From positions 62,001 through 96,328 of IMG/VR virus record IMGVR_UViG_3300002460_000002: 34,328 nucleotides of DNA; one strand, given 5' to 3'. A model generated the notes under the pieces. That model was not told the DNA's origin, searched no databases, and saw nothing but the letters and a program-made list of their open reading frames with translations. This DNA comes from an uncultured virus (IMG/VR IMGVR_UViG_3300002460_000002). Lineage: Duplodnaviria; Heunggongvirae; Uroviricota; Caudoviricetes. Below are positions 17,251-25,105 of this stretch, one piece after another (the stretch's first letter is position 1; every line of letters begins with the position of its first letter). The position numbers and the translations under genes were made by a program.

Positions 17251-17702
17251 CCAAGTTCAAACCCGATTCCGAAGAGTCCCGTGCGTGGGTGCGGTTCATG
17301 GCCGCGGCGATGACCGACAACAAAGGCGCCGTGGGAGCGAACGCGATCATTGCCGACGCTGCACTCGAAGAGTATCAAAGGCGCCTCGATCTAGCGCCGG
17401 AAGCAGAAGACAGTGTTTTCGTTCCTGATCCCGTCGACGACCTACCGGACTGCACTCCGACAGAGCACCAACCGTACTGCCGGCACTTCAAACTGGCCGA
17501 GCAAGAGCGCGTGATTCTGAAGTCGGCGTCGAAGGTTGACGGCGTCATCTACGCGGGAGCCAGTCCCCGAAAGGTGAAGCAGCGTGAGATCGCAGACCAT
17601 CTCGTTACGCGCGGGTTGTTGACACAAGAGCGGCCTGGACGTGCGCGGTGGCACGTAGATGAGTACGTGATCACCCCAGCCGGCCGGGAGGCGCTCAAGT
17701 GA
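17247..17702 (+). CDS. Hypothetical protein, possible C-terminal winged helix
   Basis: IADHLVTRGLL...YVITPAGREAL. Confidence 0.6.
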   Translation: MTKFKPDSEESRAWVRFMAAAMTDNKGAVGANAIIADAALEEYQRRLDLAPEAEDSVFVPDPVDDLPDCTPTEHQPYCRHFKLAEQERVILKSASKVDGVIYAGASPRKVKQREIADHLVTRGLLTQERPGRARWHVDEYVITPAGREALK

Positions 17703-18013
17703 AAACCATCTGGAAATACCGGCTCCCGGGAGGGCCGAAGGTCACCATCGGGATGCCTCGCGGCGCCGTCGTCCTGACGGTGCAGGTACAAGACGGCGAG
17801 CCGATGCTCTGGGTCAAGGTTGACCCGAAGGGAAAACCAGTCAAACGCTTTTTCAGGGTCTTCGGAACCGGACACACGATTTCTGATGACAAGCTAGAAT
17901 ACGTCGGGACGTTTCAGATGCAGACGGCCAGCGACCTCTGGGACAATCCGGTAGGTGCTCCGGTGGAGATGGGCGCGAAGACGCTGGTCTTCCACGTGTT
18001 CGAGGACATCTAG
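17699..18013 (+). CDS. Conserved phage hypothetical protein
   Basis: MKTIWKYRL...MPRGAVVLTVQVQ...LWVKVDP...GTGH...LVFHVFE, a pattern common in phage accessory regions. Confidence 0.75.
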   Translation: MKTIWKYRLPGGPKVTIGMPRGAVVLTVQVQDGEPMLWVKVDPKGKPVKRFFRVFGTGHTISDDKLEYVGTFQMQTASDLWDNPVGAPVEMGAKTLVFHVFEDI

Positions 18014-18339
18014 TGACCACCTCGATCGCAGGCTCTTGGGCAGCCAGGCTCGCCGGAAGCGCCGCGCTCCCGGTCAGTTCGGTCTGGTTAGCGCCGCTCG
18101 ACTGCGCGACGCTGCAGCAGTTGATCAACGTTTATCCAAACTGGGTCCGGCCTGCCGAGGTCAGGGTCGAAAACACGCCGAAGTATTCGAGTTGCTACCG
18201 GCTCCGAAAGCTCTTCCTGCTCGGCATCGTCAAGCGCCGGCCGTACGCGTTTTCGGGTGGGATGCGGCGGCAGCACTGGGAATACAGATTCGTACCTGGG
18301 ATGCTGAAATTGGTAGACGCGCGGTCGTTAGCATGTTAG
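18013..18339 (+). CDS. Hypothetical protein, possible winged helix
   Basis: LRKLFLLGIVKRR...WEYR. Confidence 0.5.
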   Translation: MTTSIAGSWAARLAGSAALPVSSVWLAPLDCATLQQLINVYPNWVRPAEVRVENTPKYSSCYRLRKLFLLGIVKRRPYAFSGGMRRQHWEYRFVPGMLKLVDARSLAC

Positions 18340-18361
18340 CAATGTAGCTAAGAAGAGACAA

Positions 18362-18631
18362 ATGGGAAAAGACAAACAGAAGAAGGCAGAGCGGGTCGAA
18401 GGGGCCAAGGACGCCAAGATCGCGAAGCTGGAAGCGGACCTGGTTGCTGCTCAGGCCATGCACATAGACAGGGCCCGAGCCTGGGAAGAAAAGACTTCCG
18501 ACTTGGTGACCGAGATCGCCAAGCTGGAATTGGAGTTGAAAGAGGCGAGAGATCTGGTGCAGAGGATGCTTGAGCAGGCGCCCAAACCCAGTTCACCGCC
18601 CGATCCTGTCTCGTCTCCGGAGGTTGTTTGA
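18362..18631 (+). CDS. Coiled-coil hypothetical protein
   Basis: Heptad-like KIAKLEADL...EIAKLELELKE. Confidence 0.65.
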   Translation: MGKDKQKKAERVEGAKDAKIAKLEADLVAAQAMHIDRARAWEEKTSDLVTEIAKLELELKEARDLVQRMLEQAPKPSSPPDPVSSPEVV

Positions 18632-18837
18632 TGGGCCGCTCAGCACACATCCGGGCCCGTCGTCGGCGTCGCGCTCGCCTCTCGGGGCGCTTGCAGGAAG
18701 AGCAGGGCGCCCGGTACATCACCCGGGTCGAGATGCGGGTTGCCGCCTGGAACAGCTTTACCGAGAGCAAGGAGCGTGAGAAGGCTGCTCGGGCGATGGA
18801 GTTGGTGAAGTACCCCGTGAGGAAGGCTCCACGGTGA
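18631..18837 (+). CDS. Arg-rich hypothetical protein
   Basis: Coupled ORF in the operon. Confidence 0.5.
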   Translation: MGRSAHIRARRRRRARLSGRLQEEQGARYITRVEMRVAAWNSFTESKEREKAARAMELVKYPVRKAPR

Positions 18838-19145
18838 CGCCTCCCAAGATCCACCGCTACGCCGTCATTTCTCACAATAGACAACCTGACGGAACAGCAA
18901 AAACTACAATTCATCACCCCGACGGTACCAAGACCCACCCGCTCACCCCGACGGCGCTCGCCACGCTCCGGCAACTCACGGTGCATCCGATTCCTAAGTA
19001 CAAGGTTAACCCAGGCCTGATCAGGCGGCTCGTACTCGAGAAGCTCGTGGAGGTAGCCGACCTGCCGTTTCAGTTCAAGAACGGCGTCCGGGACGTGCCG
19101 CACTTACGGATCACCGCGGTGGGGTGGAAAAGGGTTGGCGGGTGA
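18834..19145 (+). CDS. Hypothetical protein, possible winged helix
   Basis: LIRRLVLEKLVE...LRITAVG. Confidence 0.55.
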   Translation: MTPPKIHRYAVISHNRQPDGTAKTTIHHPDGTKTHPLTPTALATLRQLTVHPIPKYKVNPGLIRRLVLEKLVEVADLPFQFKNGVRDVPHLRITAVGWKRVGG

Positions 19146-19195
19146 ATAATCTAGGAATCAAAAACGTTAGTAGAAAATAAAAAAGGAGCCTCTCA
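19146..19195 (+). promoter_or_regulatory. AT-rich leader and RBS of the RAMP-like gene
   Basis: AT-rich intergenic stretch in a GC-rich genome. AAAGGAG (19182-19188) lies 7 nt before ATG 19196. Confidence 0.6.
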
Positions 19196-20047
19196 ATGGA
19201 AACCACGATCGAAACAGAGCCTGTGAGTGTCCCGAAGAAAACAGTGACGACAATGCCGGAACTGACCTCAGATCCGTCGAAGATCAAGATCCCGGGGCAG
19301 GAGTACCTGTGCTACGAGATTGAGTTGACGGGCATTCTGCCGGGCGTTCTCATGAATCGTCTGGATGAATCTGTGCTGTCGTTCCCCGGAGTGAGATCCA
19401 TGGATCGGCCGGCGAAAGGAAACATCTCCAAGACGAAGCCACCCAAAGCCGCAGCTTCCAACATCGTCGCCAGCGGTGAAGCGGCGGAAGTGGCGCACGT
19501 CGACCTGAAAGCGGCCTATCGCGCGGCTCGGGGGGTTTCGTACCTCATGCCAGGTAGTGACACGCTCTGTTGCCCGGTCGACAATCTGCAAGCGATGCTG
19601 CTCGCCGCCGCGCGCCGATGGCCGGGTAGTGGACTTTTGCAAGCCGCCGGTGCCAGCTTGTTTTTTGAGGAGAACTACCTCCCGTTTCTTCATCCGACGA
19701 AGAACGAGCCCATGATTTTGAAACCGCAAGGTGAGGTGGATTTGGTCTATCACACGCGGATGAAGGAGCCGACTCCGGACCCGTTGATCTTGGTCAAGCC
19801 TGCCAAGAGTTCCCGCGGAAACCGGATTCTCACCGCCCGGGTTTTCTTGTCGCAGTGGAGGCTGATTTTTCGTGTCCTCTACGATGCTGTCATGATCAGC
19901 AAGAAGGCTGCCGAGGAGATCCTGCTGCCGCAGCTTTGGACGTTCGGTGGCGGCCACATCGGTCTGATGTCCTGGCGTCCAGGGGCGGAAGCAGGGCCTG
20001 GTCCTCACGGAAGGTATCAGGTCACGAAGTATAAGTTCATCAAATAA
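19196..20047 (+). CDS. Solitary RAMP/Cas7-like RNA-binding protein (Vipr-like), 283 aa
   Basis: RAMP-ordered motifs: YEIELTGILPGVLMNR (first strand), LCCPVDNLQAMLLAAA (cf. Cas7/Csm3 'IPGSSLKG.LR'), WRLIFRVLYD, and the C-terminal Gly-rich loop GGGHIGLMSWRPGAEAGPGPHGRYQV. Directly followed by a repeat array. Confidence 0.75.
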   Translation: METTIETEPVSVPKKTVTTMPELTSDPSKIKIPGQEYLCYEIELTGILPGVLMNRLDESVLSFPGVRSMDRPAKGNISKTKPPKAAASNIVASGEAAEVAHVDLKAAYRAARGVSYLMPGSDTLCCPVDNLQAMLLAAARRWPGSGLLQAAGASLFFEENYLPFLHPTKNEPMILKPQGEVDLVYHTRMKEPTPDPLILVKPAKSSRGNRILTARVFLSQWRLIFRVLYDAVMISKKAAEEILLPQLWTFGGGHIGLMSWRPGAEAGPGPHGRYQVTKYKFIK

Positions 20048-20460
20048 AACCCGTAGCGCACGGCAGTGCCGGTCGCGGTATTGTTCGGTCTCGCAAACGC
20101 AAAGGAATTTTTTAAGGAACATAGTGTCGCCACGCTAAGCCGCGTTTTGCAGCGCAAGGCTTCGCCGAGTAAAAAGCAAAGGAAATTTTTAGTGGACAAC
20201 GTTAAGCCACGCCTAGCGCGGCAAAGCTGAGAAGAAGCAAAGGTAATTTTTCGGTGTACAGCGCAAAGCGTCGTGATGCGAAGTACAGCGAGGTCCCGCG
20301 AATCAAAGGAAATATTTTAATACTAAAGCAAAGCTGTGCCGCGTTTCGCATAGCAAAGCCAGGTCACGTCGGGTAAAAGCAAAGGTAATTTTTCAATATG
20401 GCAATGAGGTGTCTGGCACGGTTATGCCGTGTTATGCACAAATACAGCAAAGGAAATTCT
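20048..20460 (+). ncRNA. Putative guide-RNA array: six units of (GY-NNN)n pentamers, each ending in GCAAAGG(A/T)AATTTTT
   Basis: Delimiters start at 20099, 20176, 20237, 20303, 20379 and 20447. GY occurs at exact 5-nt spacing inside every unit (49 of 52 phased positions by hand count). Confidence 0.8.
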
Positions 20461-21183
20461 ATGTTGATACTGTTGGAAGAAATCGAATGGGACGAGAACT
20501 TGTACCCGCGTGTCCAGGTGGACTGGAAGACGGAGTACGAGTACAGCGACGCGATGAAGGCCGGAGATGTCTTTCCGCCAATCGAGGTGGTCAAGAAAGA
20601 CGGGAAATATCTCGGCCTTGATGGACGGCACCGGTGGGGCGCAGCCAAGCGTCTGGGCCGGAAAGAAATCGAGGCGAAGGTCATCACGCTCGTTCAGAAG
20701 GAGTGGTTCGTCCACGCTGTCGCCTGCAACATCAAACATGGCAGGCGCCTTTCAACTTTCGAGAAGGTCAAGATTGCGCAACGGCTACGTGAAAACTTCG
20801 GTGTTCCTGTGGGTCGAATCGCGAGCATTTTGGCGATGCCGAAGCTGAGTCTCAGCCGTTTATTGAACAGACGTCTCTCTGCACCTACCGGCGCCTTGGG
20901 TGGCGTCGATACCAAAAGCGGTTTGTTTACGCAATCCCAGATCGCGTTGAAGGCTCCTTTTCAACATCTTGCGGGGCGTGCGGTGGGCTCGGAAGTCGAA
21001 ACAGCACAGTTACCTCAGAGTTCCCAAAGCCACGCCATTTTGCTGAACCAGGTTCTCGCGATCATGCAGGCCGATGCTTTCGACCTGGAAAACGAAGAAG
21101 TTCATGAGAAACTAGAACAGATTTTTGTTTGGTTGAGCGACAACACGGGCCGTATCTACGGAAGATCTCGAAAACGCAAATGA
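20461..21183 (+). CDS. ParB/Srx N-terminal domain protein with HTH-like region
   Basis: Start ATG 20461 (MLILLEEIEWDENLYPR). FPPIEVV...YLGLDGRHRWGAAKRLG, NIKHGRRLS, then a helix-turn-helix-like segment. Confidence 0.85.
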   Translation: MLILLEEIEWDENLYPRVQVDWKTEYEYSDAMKAGDVFPPIEVVKKDGKYLGLDGRHRWGAAKRLGRKEIEAKVITLVQKEWFVHAVACNIKHGRRLSTFEKVKIAQRLRENFGVPVGRIASILAMPKLSLSRLLNRRLSAPTGALGGVDTKSGLFTQSQIALKAPFQHLAGRAVGSEVETAQLPQSSQSHAILLNQVLAIMQADAFDLENEEVHEKLEQIFVWLSDNTGRIYGRSRKRK

Positions 21184-21419
21184 AAACCTGGCTTCTCGTC
21201 GACCATGAAGGTGAGCCGCGCGACCGCTGGGAGTCGCGCGAGATGCCCATCACCGAAGCCTTCTTCCGAGCCGGGCGCAGTCCACAAAACCTCAAGGTCT
21301 GGCTCCACCGCGAGGGTGACGGTTTGTACGAAGCCGCCATCGGGACCGAGGAAGAGGTCACGGAGCTGTGGCCGCGGGGAGCGACGTTGGCGGAAGTGGC
21401 GCGGGAGGAGCGGACGTGA
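21180..21419 (+). CDS. Hypothetical protein
   Basis: ATGA-coupled MKTWLLVDHE... Confidence 0.55.
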   Translation: MKTWLLVDHEGEPRDRWESREMPITEAFFRAGRSPQNLKVWLHREGDGLYEAAIGTEEEVTELWPRGATLAEVAREERT

Positions 21420-21584
21420 TCACCCCCGACAAGCTCTTCCTCGTGATCAAGAAAACCGTGCTCGGCCTCGGCATGAGCGACCTGATCGGCCTCGGCATGT
21501 CCAACCCCAAGAGCTACACGGACCTCTCGCCGGCCTTGAAGGCGGCGTTCGAGAAGGCCGCGGCGGAGTTGAACGAGAAATAAA

Positions 21585-21884
21585 ATGGGAACCAAAAACA
21601 AGCCCGGGAAGTTTGACTGCTACAGCCACGCGGATCCAGACGAACCCATGTTCGTGTTGCTCGGACGTGATCCGATAGCGTCGGTACTCGTCGGTTTGTG
21701 GGTGAAGATCCGCCAAGAAATGGGCGAAACGAACGAAGAAAAGTTGATGGAGGCCGTGACTTGCGCCAGCGCACTTTCACATTGGGCACACAAGCTCGGC
21801 AAGAGTGACGCCGTAGATGCAGGACGAGAAGCCTACATTCGGGTGATCCACCGGCTCATCGAGGAAGCGGTTGAAGGGTTATGA
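21585..21884 (+). CDS. Conserved phage hypothetical protein
   Basis: MGTKNKPGKFDCY...DEPMFVLLGRDP, a pattern common in phage accessory regions. Confidence 0.75.
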   Translation: MGTKNKPGKFDCYSHADPDEPMFVLLGRDPIASVLVGLWVKIRQEMGETNEEKLMEAVTCASALSHWAHKLGKSDAVDAGREAYIRVIHRLIEEAVEGL

Positions 21885-22075
21885 GCTGGTCGAAGCAACT
21901 CGAGAGCGGCGGAACGGTAGGGTTGGCGGCCGCGCCCGGCGTCTACGTCCGAGTCCGACCAATCGTATTGACCGTCGTAAAACCTAACGGCGTGTCAATG
22001 ACCGTGTTGATCACTCCGAATGAACTGGTGGAATTCGCAAAAGAAGCCCTGAACAGAACGAGGCCGTTAGGATGA
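21881..22075 (+). CDS. Hypothetical protein
   Basis: Coupled ORF. WSKQLESG resembles WTKQLENG of the next gene. Confidence 0.55.
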   Translation: MSWSKQLESGGTVGLAAAPGVYVRVRPIVLTVVKPNGVSMTVLITPNELVEFAKEALNRTRPLG

Positions 22076-22305
22076 AAACTTACCCCTGCACCTACTGGAC
22101 AAAGCAACTCGAGAACGGCCTCGGGATCACCTTGGCTACCGGCCACGAACAAGATAGATCGGGAGCACACAAGACCCGGCTGATTCTCGACACGTTTGAA
22201 GTGTCGACGACGATAGAACTCTCCTTCGACGAGTTGCAGGAACTCGCGACAGAGACCCAGCTTCTTGCAGACAAACTACGAAAACTGATCCAAAAGGAGC
22301 CCTAG
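22072..22305 (+). CDS. Hypothetical protein
   Basis: Coupled ORF, probable paralogue of 21881-22075. Confidence 0.55.
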   Translation: MKTYPCTYWTKQLENGLGITLATGHEQDRSGAHKTRLILDTFEVSTTIELSFDELQELATETQLLADKLRKLIQKEP

Positions 22306-22306
22306 A

Positions 22307-22648
22307 ATGCCGAGCCTGAACCTGACGAAAGAAGACGTGAACAAGCAACTGGCCGATCTGCGCGAGAGCCTGGTCGCGAGCGTCGATCGGCGCATCACCG
22401 AGATCAAGGCCGACGTCGAGATGGTGACCAAGGTCCGGTCCGAAGGCGTACCTTTCCACGCAGATGCCGCGATTTCGACGGTGCACGACTTCGTGCTACA
22501 TGAGAAGGACTGGCGCTGCATCGACAGCATCGAATTCGGTCTGAGCGGTCTGAGCGGCTGGGGCAGCTATCAAAACGTGATACAGTCGATCGAGCTTCCG
22601 GCCGGCCGCTACCGGGTCTTCATCCAGGTGCACAAGGTGCCGGAGTGA
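22307..22648 (+). CDS. Hypothetical protein
   Basis: AAAGGAG RBS. 113-aa ORF. Confidence 0.65.
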   Translation: MPSLNLTKEDVNKQLADLRESLVASVDRRITEIKADVEMVTKVRSEGVPFHADAAISTVHDFVLHEKDWRCIDSIEFGLSGLSGWGSYQNVIQSIELPAGRYRVFIQVHKVPE

Positions 22649-22956
22649 TCGACGCCAAGGCGCTGCGGGAGTTGCTGGCGAAGGCGCAGCCCGGCGCTTA
22701 TACCTTGCACACTGGCGATGATGACGCCTACGACGCCTACGACGCCTACGAGGAGGCGAAAGACGCTGCGCTCGCTGCCCTGCCTGCGTTGCTCGACAGA
22801 ATCAAGGCGTTGGAGGACTGCATAAAAATGGTGCGAGCGGTAGCCGTGGATCAGGCGCACATGCACGTCGTTAACCAAGACCCGCGTGAAGTTATGGCAC
22901 GCATCGAAGGCATCATCAACGAGTGCAACCGCGCCCCGCTGAAAGGAACCCCATGA
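22645..22956 (+). CDS. Ead/Ea22-like phage accessory protein
   Basis: LRELLAKAQPG...ALPALLDRIKALE resembles the N-terminal pattern of ead/Ea22-like proteins. Confidence 0.5.
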   Translation: MIDAKALRELLAKAQPGAYTLHTGDDDAYDAYDAYEEAKDAALAALPALLDRIKALEDCIKMVRAVAVDQAHMHVVNQDPREVMARIEGIINECNRAPLKGTP

Positions 22957-23138
22957 GCAAGTGCGTAACGTGCGGCGCTGATATTCCAACGCCGTCCGAC
23001 GTGACGAACGTGACGATGAGAATCGTACCGAGCGAACAGCCCGAACCGACGCCCATGCCGGGCGCCGGGAAGTGGATGGACGAAAACACGGTAACCATGA
23101 CATGCGGGCCGTTTTGCTCCATGAAGTGTTTGCCATGA
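22953..23138 (+). CDS. Small Zn-finger protein
   Basis: MSKCVTCG...PFCSMKC. Confidence 0.55.
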   Translation: MSKCVTCGADIPTPSDVTNVTMRIVPSEQPEPTPMPGAGKWMDENTVTMTCGPFCSMKCLP

Positions 23139-23707
23139 CCTGCCCCGACTGCGACACCGCCGCCCGGACGATAGCCATCCTCGAAGCCGCACTGGCCGAA
23201 TGCAAATCGACCGCTGCGGACTACTTAGCCGCAACCGACGCGAGCATGGCGGGACTTGCGGCGTACAACGAGAAACTGGAAACTGCACTTGCCGACGAGA
23301 AGGCCGCAGGGTTCTCGATGTCGGCGGACCTGGAACGGTTGCGAGGTTCGCTTACGGAATGGCGCGCTGAACTTGCCGAGGCGCGAGCTACGATAGGCGA
23401 AATCGAAGTGGCCCATGGCGAAGCTGTCAAGCATTGGTGTGACGTGACTGCCCATCGCACCGAATTGATGGGGTTGCTGGATGAATTCCTGAGATTACCC
23501 GAGCGGTTCATAGCCGACGACGGAACTCATTTCGAGAAGCGAGTCGACGCCGCGCTCGCCCGCATCAAGGGAGGGGCGGCACATGCGCGTTCGTGTCCCG
23601 CGTGCCCAGGGCGTAGCGATTGGGCCGTTGAGCGCGATCAAGCTGACGGCGTGCGTGGCGCTTGTAACTGCGCCCTCGCCGCCGCTCCGCGAACGGAGAA
23701 GCCGTGA
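23135..23707 (+). CDS. Coiled-coil hypothetical protein
   Basis: MTCPDC..., ends AAAPRTEKP. Confidence 0.6.
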   Translation: MTCPDCDTAARTIAILEAALAECKSTAADYLAATDASMAGLAAYNEKLETALADEKAAGFSMSADLERLRGSLTEWRAELAEARATIGEIEVAHGEAVKHWCDVTAHRTELMGLLDEFLRLPERFIADDGTHFEKRVDAALARIKGGAAHARSCPACPGRSDWAVERDQADGVRGACNCALAAAPRTEKP

Positions 23708-24199
23708 CATACGCAGCCAAGCTCGCCATGGAGAGCGTGAAAATCTTCGGTGCCAGTTGCGACGTGCGCCACGCCGTGGACTGCGCCGTCGTGGAGGCCC
23801 TTGCCCATGCCGTCGATTGCATCGACCAACTGACAGCGCGTGGAGTTGTCGAGAGAGACAGCGCGCTCCAGTGCCAAGAGGTAATCCGCGAACTTTACGA
23901 ATTACCGACGCGAACGGAGAAGCCGCGATGAGCATCAAGGGAGGGGCGTAGATGAAAAGCAAGCCGCGCATGCTCTGGTTCGTCTGCCGCACGTCCGTCG
24001 AGGGCGTGCCGCAGCTCATTCATTCCATGCATTCGCAGTCAACGGGATGGACCTATTCGTCGCCAACGAAGGCGGGCGCGGTTCGCAAGTGGCGTTCCAG
24101 GATGCGAAAATACGCGAAGGAGTTTCTGGCGCTCTCGAAGGTCAAGATTGAAGTTGATGACGGCAGTGTCCGCGCCGCCGCCCCGCGAACGGAGAAGCC
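23677..24199 (+). repeat. Gene-junction direct repeats CGCGAACGGAGAAGCC x3
   Basis: Exact copies at 23688-23703, 23909-23924 and 24184-24199. Each contains GGAG and lies just before a stop/start overlap. Confidence 0.9.
23704..23931 (+). CDS. Hypothetical protein
   Basis: Lies between junction repeats. Ends RTEKPR. Confidence 0.55.
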   Translation: MTYAAKLAMESVKIFGASCDVRHAVDCAVVEALAHAVDCIDQLTARGVVERDSALQCQEVIRELYELPTRTEKPR

Positions 24200-24203
24200 A
24201 TGA
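23952..24203 (+). CDS. Hypothetical protein
   Basis: GGAGGGG RBS. Ends AAAPRTEKP. Confidence 0.6.
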   Translation: MKSKPRMLWFVCRTSVEGVPQLIHSMHSQSTGWTYSSPTKAGAVRKWRSRMRKYAKEFLALSKVKIEVDDGSVRAAAPRTEKP

Positions 24204-24388
24204 GCGACGAAGAACAGCCGGAGCCGACCGACCTTTTGGACACCATCGCCACTCTCGCCCGGCAGAGGGACGAGGCGGTGAAGCTGGTGCGCAGGGGGAT
24301 GGCGCGCGAGATTACTGGGGCGCGTGAATGGGCCAAGTCCCGCGACGCCCTGCTTGCCGAAGTTGACGCGACGAAAGGAAATACATGA
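24200..24388 (+). CDS. Hypothetical protein
   Basis: Coupled ORF. IATLARQRD...ALLAEV is shared with 24584-25105. Confidence 0.55.
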   Translation: MSDEEQPEPTDLLDTIATLARQRDEAVKLVRRGMAREITGAREWAKSRDALLAEVDATKGNT

Positions 24389-24594
24389 AACGCTGTGAAA
24401 CCCTCGGTGGATTCGAGCTTGTACCATGCACAGGAATAGCCGAAGGCATGGACGACAAAGGTGTCCTGGTTTGCCGACCGTGCGGACGCCATCGCAAGAT
24501 GGAGGGTGGACTGTACATCGGCTGGTTCGTGGATCAGCCAACGCGCGACGCCGAAAGCCAAAAGAAGAGAGAGGGACGCGCTAATGGCCTGTGA
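24385..24594 (+). CDS. Hypothetical protein
   Basis: Coupled ORF with AAAGGAA RBS. Confidence 0.5.
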   Translation: MKRCETLGGFELVPCTGIAEGMDDKGVLVCRPCGRHRKMEGGLYIGWFVDQPTRDAESQKKREGRANGL

Positions 24595-25105
24595 GAAAAC
24601 ATGGTGTGGAACCAACTGCCTCGGCACGAACGGCCCCGGTCAATCCGCCGTTCTCGGCGTTGATTACGTGAGGGGCTGGTGGACAGAACTGTTTTGCTCT
24701 CTCGATTGTCGAAACCGCAGGTGGCCCCGGATGGAAGGCAGGTTTGATGCGGCAGGTAACGATATCAGAGACGACCGCATCGCCACCCTCACCCGCCAGC
24801 GGGACGCGCTCGCCGTGGAACTGCGCTATCTATCAACGGTTGATATGCGAGACAATCCCTTGCGCTGTCCCGAGGCGGACTGGGAGGATGCCGAGTGCTG
24901 CGGCGAATGCGCTGCATGCAGATGCGCTGTGAAGGCCCGCGCCCTGCTGGCCGAAGTGGGCGCCGAAGAAAAACCGAAGCCGACCTACAACCCGCCGACG
25001 GTCACCCCCGTCGGCAACGTGAAAGATCTCGTCGGGCAGTCGGGAGCTTCAGATCTCGACTGTTCCATGCTCCCTCCCAACTCCAAACCCCCATGGTGCC
25101 CATGA
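24584..25105 (+). CDS. Cys-rich mosaic hypothetical protein with RiPP-leader-like C-terminus
   Basis: Start ATG 24584 (MACEKTWC). Ends ...YNPPTVTPVGNVKDLVGQSGASDLDC... Confidence 0.55.
   Translation: MACEKTWCGTNCLGTNGPGQSAVLGVDYVRGWWTELFCSLDCRNRRWPRMEGRFDAAGNDIRDDRIATLTRQRDALAVELRYLSTVDMRDNPLRCPEADWEDAECCGECAACRCAVKARALLAEVGAEEKPKPTYNPPTVTPVGNVKDLVGQSGASDLDCSMLPPNSKPPWCP

Noticed and set aside
19207..19222. Unit 4 decoded as NNN triplets (…CGATGAAACAGAGCC…) resembles the 5' end of the RAMP gene (CGATCGAAACAGAGCC)
   Set aside because: Only an 11-nt exact core, plausible by chance across several guides and decoding schemes. Worth rechecking in the systematic search.
20048..20460. Canonical CRISPR array
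   Set aside because: The repeats are only ~15 nt, degenerate and non-palindromic, spacing is uneven, spacers are internally periodic, and no adaptation genes are visible. Treated as a non-CRISPR guide array.
20048..20460. TIGR-Tas array
   Set aside because: No box C/D-like edge/loop repeats with paired ~9-nt spacers, and the adjacent protein shows RAMP-like rather than Nop-domain motifs.
20398..20460. ORF-track N-terminal extension of the ParB gene (start 20398) and minus-strand ORFs across the array
   Set aside because: The extension is array unit 6. The RBS and domain start support ATG 20461.
22723..22749. GACGCCTAC x3 tandem repeat
   Set aside because: In-frame 9-nt slippage (DAY x3) within a CDS, with no sign of regulatory function.
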